Assembly: GCA_001789645.1 (NCBI GenBank)
Contig: MGAG01000003.1
Location: forward strand, 7,843-71,842
DNA: 64,000 nt
Reading direction: 5' to 3'
Origin: Candidatus Roizmanbacteria bacterium RIFCSPLOWO2_01_FULL_37_12
Lineage (GTDB): Bacteria > Patescibacteriota > Microgenomatia > UBA1406 > GWC2-37-13
Positions 33,518 to 41,849 of this stretch are shown here, one piece after another. The notes under the pieces were generated by a model. The model was not told the origin of the DNA, did no database searches, and worked only from the letters and a program-made list of their open reading frames with translations. Position 1 is the first letter of the stretch; each line of letters starts with the position of its first letter. The translations under genes and the position numbers were made by a program.

Positions 33518-34531
33518 TTATTTAAACGACTTATTATAAAACTCCATCGTCCGCTGCATTACCAGATCCCAATTCCCTTGGTCAAAATTATGGACTTCAC
33601 CCGGATAAACGTAGTATTCAACGTCTTTTTTCTTTTTCTTCAATGTTTCAACCAATGTATCCGTCCATTTTTGCGGTACCTCTTGATCTGCCGCTCCTTG
33701 ATGAATCTGCAGCGGCGCCTTGATCCAATCTAAGTAATTGGTGAGAGAATAATTTTCGGCATTATAGTCTTTTTCAAAATCGGCGACTACTTTGCGCAAA
33801 GATTTCCCGTGATCGGGAATGTCGTCGGTGTAATAAAGGATCGAGTAGGGGAATGGCTTGGAAACCGGAGCCCAAAGGACTGTCGGATATTCTTTTCCCG
33901 AGATTTCCAAAACCGACAGAGCAATCTGCCCGCCGTTGCTGTGACCCCAGATTCCCAGATTTGTCTTGTCGAATCGTGCGTCTAATTCTGCGTTTTTCAG
34001 GGCGGTCTTCAAATTTTTCATCGAACTGATGAGCTCTAGTACAGTAACGTATGTCAGGAATCTGTCTTCCATGGGGTCGGTCGACTCTTTGTCGGAAAAA
34101 CCATATCCCAAAAAGTCCGGAGCCAGGGTGATAAAGTCTCTCTTAGCCAAGAGCTCTCCGCCGTGGCTTGTTCCGACTCCCGGCTCATACATCTCTTTAT
34201 CAACATAACCACGGAGCATGATGATTACCGGGTAGTCGCCGGCTTTTTTGGGTATATTCATAAGTCCGCTGACTTTTTTCCCTCTAACCTTAAAATAAAA
34301 AAGAAAAGAGGCAAACTCTTCCTTCGACTTTATTTCTTTGTCGATAAGAATCTCACTTCCTAAAAATACAGTCTTTTGTAATGCAGAATAGGAATACTTG
34401 AGTAATTTCTTTTCAAATAAAATTTTTCCACCTCCCAAAGGCGAAATAATTTTTTCCGTTTTTAAATACTTTAACCTGATAATTACTCCTATTATTATTA
34501 TTCCGCTAAAAACTATTATTTTTTTAATCAT
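33518..34531 (-). CDS. Alpha/beta hydrolase (S9 / dienelactone-hydrolase-like), N-terminal TM anchor
   Basis: GIWGHSNGGQIAL nucleophile elbow (GxSxG), with later D and H (..GEVHNF). Confidence 0.75.
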   Translation of the reverse strand: MIKKIIVFSGIIIIGVIIRLKYLKTEKIISPLGGGKILFEKKLLKYSYSALQKTVFLGSEILIDKEIKSKEEFASFLFYFKVRGKKVSGLMNIPKKAGDYPVIIMLRGYVDKEMYEPGVGTSHGGELLAKRDFITLAPDFLGYGFSDKESTDPMEDRFLTYVTVLELISSMKNLKTALKNAELDARFDKTNLGIWGHSNGGQIALSVLEISGKEYPTVLWAPVSKPFPYSILYYTDDIPDHGKSLRKVVADFEKDYNAENYSLTNYLDWIKAPLQIHQGAADQEVPQKWTDTLVETLKKKKKDVEYYVYPGEVHNFDQGNWDLVMQRTMEFYNKSFK

Positions 34532-34602
34532 GCTATTTTTTAATTCTAAATATTTATTTATATTTAACCTTACAAAAATATTATTAAGTAAATCCGATGT
34601 TT

Positions 34603-34630
34603 TACTACCATCCTACGTAGGATGGTAGTA
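34603..34630. repeat. Perfect 28-bp palindrome TACTACCATCCTAC|GTAGGATGGTAGTA
   Basis: Read directly from the sequence. It lies between the divergent hydrolase gene start and tRNA-Ser. Confidence 0.9.
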
Positions 34631-34659
34631 TTGTAACCAAATTCCGGGTACCAATTCCA

Positions 34660-34668
34660 TGATATAAT
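34660..34668 (+). promoter_or_regulatory. Extended -10 box TGATATAAT upstream of tRNA-Ser
   Basis: The same 9-mer as at tRNA-Gly, 31 nt before the tRNA 5' end. Confidence 0.4.
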
Positions 34669-34699
34669 TTAGTGTCATACTTGAGAACATAAATAGCTT

Positions 34700-34786
34700 G
34701 GAGAAGTCGCATAGTGGCCGAGTGCGTACGCCTGGAAAGCGTATATGGCAGCAATGTCATCGCGGGTTCGAATCCCGCCTTCTCCG
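34700..34786 (+). tRNA. tRNA-Ser (anticodon GGA)
   Basis: Acceptor GGAGAAG/CTTCTCC, anticodon stem TACGC/GCGTA with loop CTGGAAA, long variable arm, T arm GCGGG-TTCGAAT-CCCGC, discriminator G. Confidence 0.9.
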
Positions 34787-34814
34787 CAAAATTTTGAGAT
34801 AATATATTAAAGCT

Positions 34815-35126
34815 TCATGATAACCTATCATACTCCGGGAGTGATATTATTGCTGTAAATCCTGCTGAAATTTCCCAAATATCTCCAATATTGTCCATCG
34901 CCCAACTAGCTGCTGGTGGCTCTTGAGGAATAAAATACCGACCCGCCTGATCTTGTGTCATACCGAATTTAGCAGGATATAATTGCATATCGTGCATAAT
35001 TTCAAGTTGCATCATAAGCTGACCTGCTAAAAACTCAGTTGTTTTTCAGGTGTAAAAAGTCTTTCGAAGTGCACGCTCTATCAGGGGTTGTTTTTTAGCA
35101 GTTTGTGGAGCTTTTCCTACTTCCAT
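34815..35126 (-). pseudogene. Hypothetical gene with an in-frame TGA (codon 27)
   Basis: Own translation from the ATG at 35126: MEVGKAPQTAKKQPLIERALRKTFYT-TGA-KTTEFLAGQLMMQLEIMHD..., which continues in frame into listed ORF 34815..35015. Confidence 0.3.
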
Positions 35127-35239
35127 ATTTTTAAGATTAACATATTATAAATTTGGAGGTTAAAAATAGCAAAAGAAAAGAACTATTTTTATAAGTGAAA
35201 TGGATGGTGGGGTAAATTTAATATGTTATACTTCAATCA

Positions 35240-35470
35240 ATGAAAATTAGAGAAGCTCTCGGCAAACATCCAGAGTTAGTTCCTGCAGGGATGGTGGTTG
35301 GAGCAGCAATCAATAGTTACATTGAATATAAAAATAATAATCAAGCAAACCTTTTGTTTTATATAAGTCTCGGAATAACAGGAATGGCTATGTTAATTAC
35401 TGGAATAGTTCACGACTTAAGGTTTATAAGAGACAGAGCTGCTGCCGCAAGACAAAAAACTTTACATTAG
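35240..35470 (+). CDS. Small membrane protein (hypothetical)
   Basis: 76 aa with two hydrophobic stretches. There is no other support. Confidence 0.3.
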   Translation: MKIREALGKHPELVPAGMVVGAAINSYIEYKNNNQANLLFYISLGITGMAMLITGIVHDLRFIRDRAAAARQKTLH

Positions 35471-35728
35471 AAAAATTAGGATTTATCTTTTCTTTTTAAG
35501 GCTCTAATTTTCTTGAATAAAACGATAGTGTCATAAACTAAAACTCCAAATCCAACTGATGCTGTTACCTGCAAAATAGTTTCTAAATTTTTATTCATAT
35601 CAGGGTAAACCATATTCAGTCCAGTTAGTCCGATAACTAATAAACCAAGTGGAAAATCTCTTTTAAAATGGGGAGGTATTTCATTTTTACAAGTTCATCT
35701 CTTGCCATAACTAAATATATTATGAAAG

Positions 35729-36016
35729 TTAAAAAAATTCAATTACTTCTCCTTTTTTTAGCTTTTGTAGTATGTCATACTGACCTGTATGATGATCGTC
35801 TGCTGCAAATCGAAGAGGACTAACACGACTTAGTCCTTCATCTGGTGGAATTATGCGAGTTTTTCCATCTCGATCTGAGTGAATTATGTGAGGTTCTTCC
35901 GCAACAGATAAAGGATAACGCTTCAATCTATAAGCGGCTCTTAACGTTTGGGTATGCCATGGAAACTTTTCCATAATTTTACCTATTATACTAAAAAAAT
36001 GCATACTAACGATCAA
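35729..36016 (-). CDS. Hypothetical protein
   Basis: 95-aa ORF with a likely start at MEKFPWH (35974). No motif recognised. Confidence 0.3.
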   Translation of the reverse strand: MIVSMHFFSIIGKIMEKFPWHTQTLRAAYRLKRYPLSVAEEPHIIHSDRDGKTRIIPPDEGLSRVSPLRFAADDHHTGQYDILQKLKKGEVIEFF

Positions 36017-36320
36017 AAGACAAAAATTGCTGTGTTTGCTGGAAGTAAATATTCGGATATTCTATAATGTCGTACCAATTAAGAGTTCGAAAGTCATCCC
36101 ACTTTGCCCGCAGCGAAAAAAATCTTACTAGAGATCTGAAAATCGGATAGAATTTTAAAATAACATCTTTCACTCCGTCTGAATTTTATAATTTAATCTT
36201 TGCTGGCTTTTGGATTATTATTTGGAAATAAAACAAATTTTTTTCAGGTTTTTTGTGTTTTAATCATGTACGTCTGGATGGGTATTTTTGTCTTTAAATT
36301 TCTTTAATTAAAATGCAATC

Positions 36321-36329
36321 TGCTATAAT
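36321..36329 (+). promoter_or_regulatory. Extended -10 box TGCTATAAT, 9 nt before the dsbA-like ATG
   Basis: TGnTATAAT consensus. No Shine-Dalgarno sequence lies between it and the ATG. Confidence 0.35.
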
Positions 36330-36338
36330 ACAATAGTC

Positions 36339-36983
36339 ATGAATAAAACTGTAATAATAATTCTTTCAGTTGTAGCAGTGTTCATCTTTCTTTTTGCCGC
36401 CTATAAATTTACCAATACCTCCTCGGATATAACTTATCCAGAAGTAAGCAAAATTAGCAAAACCGACCATGTTGCCTGGTCCAAAGATAAGAATTATATT
36501 TTGGTCGAGTATAGCGATCTGCAGTGTCCGGCCTGCCAGAGTTTTGCCCAGTTTATAAAATCGGAGATAGAAGCTAGCGGAGCAGCGGAAGCTGATATTA
36601 TGAAAAAGGTTACTTTTGTCTACCGTCATTTTCCCTTAGCTCAACACGCCAACGCTGAAAACGCCGCCAAGGCAGCAGAAGCCGCAGGAAAACAGGGAAA
36701 ATTTTTTGAGTTTGTCTCGATGGCTTTTGATAAGCAAAAAGACTGGGCTGAAAAAAAGGATGCCGTAAAAAAATTCGAGGACTATGCAAAAGACCTAGAT
36801 CTAGATATGGATAAATTCAAAAAGGACCGCGACTCTAAAGAATCCAAAAACAAAATAGAAGCCGATCTTTTGTCCGGCCAAACCGCACAGGTCAATGCTA
36901 CACCGACCTTCTATCTCAACGGCAAAAAGCTTGGCCCCATCAACTCTTTTGCAGACTTTTTAAAACCTCTCAAAGCCCTGTAA
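36339..36983 (+). CDS. DsbA-family thiol:disulfide oxidoreductase, membrane-anchored
   Basis: N-terminal TM helix, CPAC active site (DLQCPACQSF) and a thioredoxin-fold C-terminus (..ATPTFYLNG). Confidence 0.8.
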   Translation: MNKTVIIILSVVAVFIFLFAAYKFTNTSSDITYPEVSKISKTDHVAWSKDKNYILVEYSDLQCPACQSFAQFIKSEIEASGAAEADIMKKVTFVYRHFPLAQHANAENAAKAAEAAGKQGKFFEFVSMAFDKQKDWAEKKDAVKKFEDYAKDLDLDMDKFKKDRDSKESKNKIEADLLSGQTAQVNATPTFYLNGKKLGPINSFADFLKPLKAL

Positions 36984-37005
36984 AGAGCTTCATCTGTTAA
37001 AATTG

Positions 37006-37090
37006 ATATGCATTAACATTAATTGCATATTATCCCGAATTTATTTAGGGATCCCAATAAAATCAGATCCTGAAACGAGTTCAGGATGAC
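37006..37090 (+). repeat. Family-A element, copy A7 (degenerate left hairpin, plus an ATATGCA..TGCATAT hairpin)
   Basis: ATATGCATTAACATTAATTGCATAT, TATCCCGAATTTATTTAGGGATC, GATCCTGAAACGAGTTCAGGATGAC. The GCAATTAATGTTAATGC module is shared with A3 in inverted orientation. Confidence 0.8.
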
Positions 37091-37811
37091 AAACCAAATG
37101 ACTATAAAAATTAAGACCAAAATAATAAAATATGAAATCAAGGGCAAAGGAGATCCGATACTGCTGATTCACGGCTGGGGCGGAAGTTCAAAAAGTCTTG
37201 AGGCTTTGGCCGGGTTATTATCCGAAAAATACAAAGCCATAACTTTAGATTTACCAGGCTTTGGTCAGAGTGCCAAGCCTGATCCGGACTGGGGAGTAGG
37301 GGAGTACGCCAAATTCCTGGTTGATATTATTGACTATTTAAAATTAAAACCTGTAGTTTATTTTGGACATTCTTTCGGAGGGGCTTTAGGTATTTATCTC
37401 GCGGCAAAATATCCAACCTATATAAAAAAAATAGTTTTATCCGGAGCATCTTATAAAAGAGCAACGCCTAACACTTCAGTATTTGGTAAGTTATTAGGTT
37501 GGCTTCCTCCGCTAATCAAAAAAATAATTTATAAAATAATTCTACCCCAATCGGATCTTTACAAGGTACCCGGACTTGAAACTAATTTCAGAAAAATAGT
37601 CACTCAGAATCTAACATCGGTTCTCCTATCAATCAAAACACCGACTCTTATTCTCTGGGGTGAAGATGACAAGCAGACTCCGGTTGAACTTGCCGATGAA
37701 CTGCATGAAAAAATATCAAATTCCCAGTTAAAAATATTTCCCGAAATCGGACACAATTTGCCGCTAAAATACCCTGAATTAGTCTTCAGTGCAATTAAAA
37801 AATTCTTATGA
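37086..37811 (+). CDS. Alpha/beta hydrolase
   Basis: LLIHGWGGSS and GHSFGG nucleophile elbow, with C-terminal ..GHNLP. The ATG at 37086 lies inside repeat A7, and an alternative ATG is at 37098. Confidence 0.8.
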   Translation: MTNQMTIKIKTKIIKYEIKGKGDPILLIHGWGGSSKSLEALAGLLSEKYKAITLDLPGFGQSAKPDPDWGVGEYAKFLVDIIDYLKLKPVVYFGHSFGGALGIYLAAKYPTYIKKIVLSGASYKRATPNTSVFGKLLGWLPPLIKKIIYKIILPQSDLYKVPGLETNFRKIVTQNLTSVLLSIKTPTLILWGEDDKQTPVELADELHEKISNSQLKIFPEIGHNLPLKYPELVFSAIKKFL

Positions 37812-39172
37812 TCTCAATTTTTTTATTAATAGCAGGGTTGACTGTTTATCTTCTTAAATCGCTAGATTTCATTTACCTTTTCCAAACCAAAGAATATCGT
37901 GTCGACAGAATTATGTCTTTCTTAAATGAAGAGAATTTTTTAAGTCTTTTATATTTTCGCAAAATCAGGATGCCGGGAATTTCGCTACGGAATCTTCTGA
38001 TTACTCAAATAATTTTTCTAAACTCCCTACTTTTTACCTTCTTTTTGTTAAATCAAAGTCAACTAAATTTATTAATTTTTTTACTGTTAACTCCACCGAC
38101 TGCTTTTTTGACAATGCTGTTAGGAGTCTTTATAAGCGAAATTCCCGTGCAGATTTACCGAAAAAAGATAATCCAACAGGCCAAAATCAAAGTCGCAGCT
38201 TCAGATACGGTCTTTATCGGAATTACCGGTTCCTATGGCAAAACTTCAACAAAAGAATTTCTTTACCAGATTCTATCTCAAAAATATAAAGTTGCAAAAA
38301 CCGACAAAAACAATAACTCTGAAATCGGAGTAGCTATTTCAATATTAAAAAATCTGAAACCTGATACCGAATATTTTATTGCCGAACTTGGAGCATATAG
38401 AAAAGGCGAAATTAAAGCCACCCGTGAATTGATTCACCCTAAATATGGAATACTAACCGGTATTGGCAATCAACATCTGGGACTCTTCGGATCAAAAGAA
38501 AATCTTTTACAAGCAAAAGCTGAATTACTCGAATCCCTTGCAAAAGAAGGCATCGCCTACATTAATAAAGATATTAAAGAATGGAAATATTTCGCCGACA
38601 AAACCCGGGTTAAAAAAGTATTCTATTCAATTAAAAATCTCCCTTTTGAAATTAAAACAAATCTCCCCGGAAAACATAATTTACAGAATCTTCTTCCATG
38701 TATCGCATTGGCATCGCATCTGGGAATTACAAAGGAGCAGATTCAGAGGGTTCTGATAAATCTCAAGCCTGTTGCCGGTAGACTTTCATTTGACAAAGGT
38801 ATTAACGGATCCACAATCTTAAATGATTCTTATAACTCAAACATTGAAGGATTTAGTTCGGCGATTGAAACCGCACAAATATTGAAAAACTTTTCAAAAA
38901 AATTAATTATGTCACGTGGGCTTATCGAACTCGGTGTTGAAAAAAAACAATCATACCAAACTATAATTAATATACTCTATAAAACCGACTTAACACTTAT
39001 AACTACAGACAATTTGTTCAAAAGTCTGGACACAAAAAATAAAGTGCGGCTTTTTAATAATGAATCCCTAATATTAAACTATATTAAAGAAGTAATGGAT
39101 AATAAAACTTTACTGGTCGTTGAAGGAAGATTTGAACCTGATACTTTGCATATACTTTTTGCTAATAACTAA
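37808..39172 (+). CDS. Mur-ligase family protein (MurF-like) with hydrophobic N-terminal extension
   Basis: GITGSYGKTSTKEF P-loop and the central/C-terminal Mur ligase layout. The first ~130 aa contain 3-4 predicted TM helices. Confidence 0.7.
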   Translation: MISIFLLIAGLTVYLLKSLDFIYLFQTKEYRVDRIMSFLNEENFLSLLYFRKIRMPGISLRNLLITQIIFLNSLLFTFFLLNQSQLNLLIFLLLTPPTAFLTMLLGVFISEIPVQIYRKKIIQQAKIKVAASDTVFIGITGSYGKTSTKEFLYQILSQKYKVAKTDKNNNSEIGVAISILKNLKPDTEYFIAELGAYRKGEIKATRELIHPKYGILTGIGNQHLGLFGSKENLLQAKAELLESLAKEGIAYINKDIKEWKYFADKTRVKKVFYSIKNLPFEIKTNLPGKHNLQNLLPCIALASHLGITKEQIQRVLINLKPVAGRLSFDKGINGSTILNDSYNSNIEGFSSAIETAQILKNFSKKLIMSRGLIELGVEKKQSYQTIINILYKTDLTLITTDNLFKSLDTKNKVRLFNNESLILNYIKEVMDNKTLLVVEGRFEPDTLHILFANN

Positions 39173-39194
39173 TAACTATTAATAAATAACTACT

Positions 39195-40433
39195 ATGATC
39201 AGTACAGACTTTGCGCCAAACGAATCCTGGGACGACGCGATTCTTTCCCTCAAACTGCTCTTCCAACCCTGGAAATGGATGAGAGGTAATGATATTGAAC
39301 AGGTTAAAAGAAAACTACTATCCAAATTACTAATCACAAATAACAAATACCGAATATCTTTATTTTTGTCTGGCAGATCTGCATTATATTTTTTACTCAA
39401 ATCCTTAAATCTTCCCAAAGGATCTGAGGTATTAGTCCAAGCCTTTACCTGCGAAGCAGTAGTCCTTCCCATAGTCGAGCTCGGCATGAAGCCAATCTAT
39501 GTTGATATAGAAGCAGATACTTATTCTATGGATTATCGCTTTTTAACGAGCAAACCAGGTAACAAGCTAACTAAGGTGTTGATTTTGCAGCACACCTTCG
39601 GCCTAACTCCTAAATATCGCAACAAAATATTAAATCTTACGAAAGAAAGAAAATTGATTGTCATAGAAGACCTCGCCCACGGCTTTAATAAAAGTATTTT
39701 TTCTCCAAATAACCAGTATCTGATTTCTAATAACTTTTTTCTCTTATCCTTCGGTCGGTCAAAGACGTTATCTTCCGTCTTCGGCGGCGCAATCGCAACC
39801 CCCCAATCAACAATCAACAATTTACCCATGCCTTCAACTTGGTTCATCTTTCAATGTCTTTTATACAAACCCTTAACAATGTTAATCAAATCGACCTATG
39901 ATATTTATCTTGGAAAAATACTTCATAAAGTACTCAATAAATTGAATTTACTCATCCCGGAAATAACAAAAAAGGAGAAAAAAGGCATTTACGATCGGTT
40001 ATTTAACAAAGCCTATCCCAATGCTTTGGCCATCCTTTTACTTCACCAGTTAAATAAGTTTGAACAAATTAAACAACAAAGAGCTAAAATATGCCAGATT
40101 TACAACCAACATTTTCCCAATTTCATACTTCCTTCTTCCAAACCAGCTTCTATTCCCAAACAACAAAGTTCCAACTTCTCATTAATAAGATATCCTTTAC
40201 TGACTGAAAGGAGAGATAAAATTTTAGTTAAAGTTAATAAACAAAATGTGTATCTAGGTAAGTGGTACGACGAGGTAGTAGCCCCAAAAGACCTGGACCA
40301 AAGTAGAGTAGAGTACGAACAAGGAAGTTGTCCAAATGCAGAGAAAGTCTGTAAAAATATAATTAATTTGCCTACAAATATTACCGAAGAGCAAGCCAAA
40401 AGAGTACTGAAAATATTAAACGACGTTAAATGA
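39195..40433 (+). CDS. DegT/DnrJ/EryC1/StrS-like PLP-dependent aminotransferase-fold protein
   Basis: LSGRSALYFLLKSLNLPKGSEVLVQAFTCEAVVLPI..PIYVDIE and SFGRSKTLSSVFGG (PLP-lysine region). Confidence 0.65.
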   Translation: MISTDFAPNESWDDAILSLKLLFQPWKWMRGNDIEQVKRKLLSKLLITNNKYRISLFLSGRSALYFLLKSLNLPKGSEVLVQAFTCEAVVLPIVELGMKPIYVDIEADTYSMDYRFLTSKPGNKLTKVLILQHTFGLTPKYRNKILNLTKERKLIVIEDLAHGFNKSIFSPNNQYLISNNFFLLSFGRSKTLSSVFGGAIATPQSTINNLPMPSTWFIFQCLLYKPLTMLIKSTYDIYLGKILHKVLNKLNLLIPEITKKEKKGIYDRLFNKAYPNALAILLLHQLNKFEQIKQQRAKICQIYNQHFPNFILPSSKPASIPKQQSSNFSLIRYPLLTERRDKILVKVNKQNVYLGKWYDEVVAPKDLDQSRVEYEQGSCPNAEKVCKNIINLPTNITEEQAKRVLKILNDVK

Positions 40434-40434
40434 T

Positions 40435-40447
40435 TTAACGACGTTAA
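40435..40447. promoter_or_regulatory. Palindromic 13-mer TTAACGACGTTAA (site 2 of 3)
   Basis: Also present at 41832..41844. A one-base-longer variant TTAAACGACGTTAA is at 40416..40429. Confidence 0.3.
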
Positions 40448-40476
40448 TTGTTTTCATCAGCAGAATATTTCGTAGC

Positions 40477-40656
40477 CTACCGCTCCTTAAAACGAATAGA
40501 ATTTATTTTTTTACCGTAAATTTCTCTGAGTCCCGGAACATTACCTTTTAAATAACCAATACCTGACCTAATTCCCTCGCCTAATTGAATTAAATAATCA
40601 CCTATAAATTTAAGTCCTCCAAATACTAGGCTGAGTCCTTTATAGAAGTTTTGCAT
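40477..40656 (-). CDS. Small ORF (59 aa) below the track threshold
   Basis: Own translation: MQNFYKGLSLVFGGLKFIGDYLIQLGEGIRSGIGYLKGNVPGLREIYGKKINSIRFKER. ATG start, Gly-rich, fills an otherwise empty 240-bp gap. No further support. Confidence 0.25.
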   Translation of the reverse strand: MQNFYKGLSLVFGGLKFIGDYLIQLGEGIRSGIGYLKGNVPGLREIYGKKINSIRFKER

Positions 40657-40659
40657 AAA

Positions 40660-40668
40660 TGTTATAAT
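40660..40668 (+). promoter_or_regulatory. Extended -10 box TGTTATAAT, 6 nt before the femX-like ATG
   Basis: TGnTATAAT consensus. The expected start site coincides with the ATG. Confidence 0.35.
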
Positions 40669-40674
40669 TCTTAA

Positions 40675-41736
40675 ATGCTAAATATAACAGAAATTCTCTA
40701 TAAATCAAGCTGGGATGATTTTTTTAATCAAAACGGGTCGCCGAGTTTTCTCCAAAGTTGGGAGTGGGGAGAATTTGAAAAAAAATCAGGTTACGAAATT
40801 CTTCGCTTAGGTATTTTTGAAAAAGAAAAACTTCAGGCAATTTCCTTAATTATTAAAATAAAAGCCAAACGGGGGAGTTTTCTTTTTATACCGCATGGAC
40901 CGGTTTTCCAACATTCAACTTCCAATACCCAATATTCAATAAAAAAAATAACTTCCCAATTACTTAACTATCTATCAGATATTGCAAAAAAGGAAAATTT
41001 TTCTTTTATCAGAATTGCGCCGACGCTTCTTGATACTTCGGAAAATCTGAAAATTTTTTCTGATCTGGGATTCAGTAAAGCTCCTATCTACATGCACGCC
41101 GAGAGACTCTGGGTATTGGATCTGAATAAATCCGAAGAAGAATTACTTGCCGGAATGAGAAAAACAACCAGATACCTTATCAAAAGGGCAACACGGGATG
41201 GAGTCGTGATCGAAAAAAGAAGCGATGATAAGGTTGTAAATGACTTTAATAAGTTATATCAGCAGACAGCCGAAAGAGAAAACTTCGTACCGTTTTCAAA
41301 AGAATTCATCAGAAACGAGTTCGATTCGTTTAAAAAAACAGGTAACGCTATTTTCTTGTTTGGGAGCGTCCCAAAAGCTTTTCCAACCCCAGAGGTTGGA
41401 AAAAGCTCTCCAATAACTTCTGCGCTAATTATTTTTACCAAATCGACGGTCTTTTACCACCAGGGTGCTTCTATTCATACCAAAATCCCGATAACCTATG
41501 CCCTCCAATGGGAAGCGATAAAAGAAGCAAAAAGAAGAGGCTGTCGGTACTATAACTTCTGGGGAATCCTGCAGGAAGGCCGCACCCCTAAAAACTGGGG
41601 AGGACTAACACTTTTTAAGCAGGGATTCGGGGGAAGACAAATAGATTATTTGCCAACTCAAGACTATATTATTTCGCCCAAGTATTATATTACCTCGCTT
41701 TACGAAAGATTCCTCGCCTGGAGAAGGGGAGTGTGA
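40675..41736 (+). CDS. FemAB-family peptidoglycan interpeptide-bridge aminoacyltransferase (FemX/MurM-like)
   Basis: SFLQSWEWGEFEKKSGY, and tandem GNAT-like halves with ..YYHQGAS....YALQWEAI. 353 aa. Confidence 0.8.
   Translation: MLNITEILYKSSWDDFFNQNGSPSFLQSWEWGEFEKKSGYEILRLGIFEKEKLQAISLIIKIKAKRGSFLFIPHGPVFQHSTSNTQYSIKKITSQLLNYLSDIAKKENFSFIRIAPTLLDTSENLKIFSDLGFSKAPIYMHAERLWVLDLNKSEEELLAGMRKTTRYLIKRATRDGVVIEKRSDDKVVNDFNKLYQQTAERENFVPFSKEFIRNEFDSFKKTGNAIFLFGSVPKAFPTPEVGKSSPITSALIIFTKSTVFYHQGASIHTKIPITYALQWEAIKEAKRRGCRYYNFWGILQEGRTPKNWGGLTLFKQGFGGRQIDYLPTQDYIISPKYYITSLYERFLAWRRGV
40913..40940. repeat. Four heptamers in ..CAA. phase inside the femX-like gene
   Basis: ATTCAAC TTCCAAT ACCCAAT ATTCAAT. 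It encodes ..HSTSNTQYSI.. Confidence 0.6.
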
Positions 41737-41787
41737 GAAAATTTCTAATTTCTAATTGACCTAATTTCTAATATAAATAAGAGAGAC

Positions 41788-41830
41788 TTGTCCTGAGCGA
41801 CCCTGAACTTGTCGAAGGGGAGTCGAAGGA
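41788..41830. repeat. Family-B-related element, copy B4 (inverted orientation)
   Basis: Reverse complement reads CCTTCGACTCCCCTTCGACAAGTTCAGGGTCGCTCAGGA. It shares the TTCGACAAG.TCAGG core. Confidence 0.55.
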
Positions 41831-41831
41831 T

Positions 41832-41844
41832 TTAACGACGTTAA
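41832..41844. promoter_or_regulatory. Palindromic 13-mer TTAACGACGTTAA (site 3 of 3)
   Basis: Identical to 40435..40447. It lies between the convergent femX-like and ABC permease genes. Confidence 0.3.
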
Positions 41845-41849
41845 AATAA

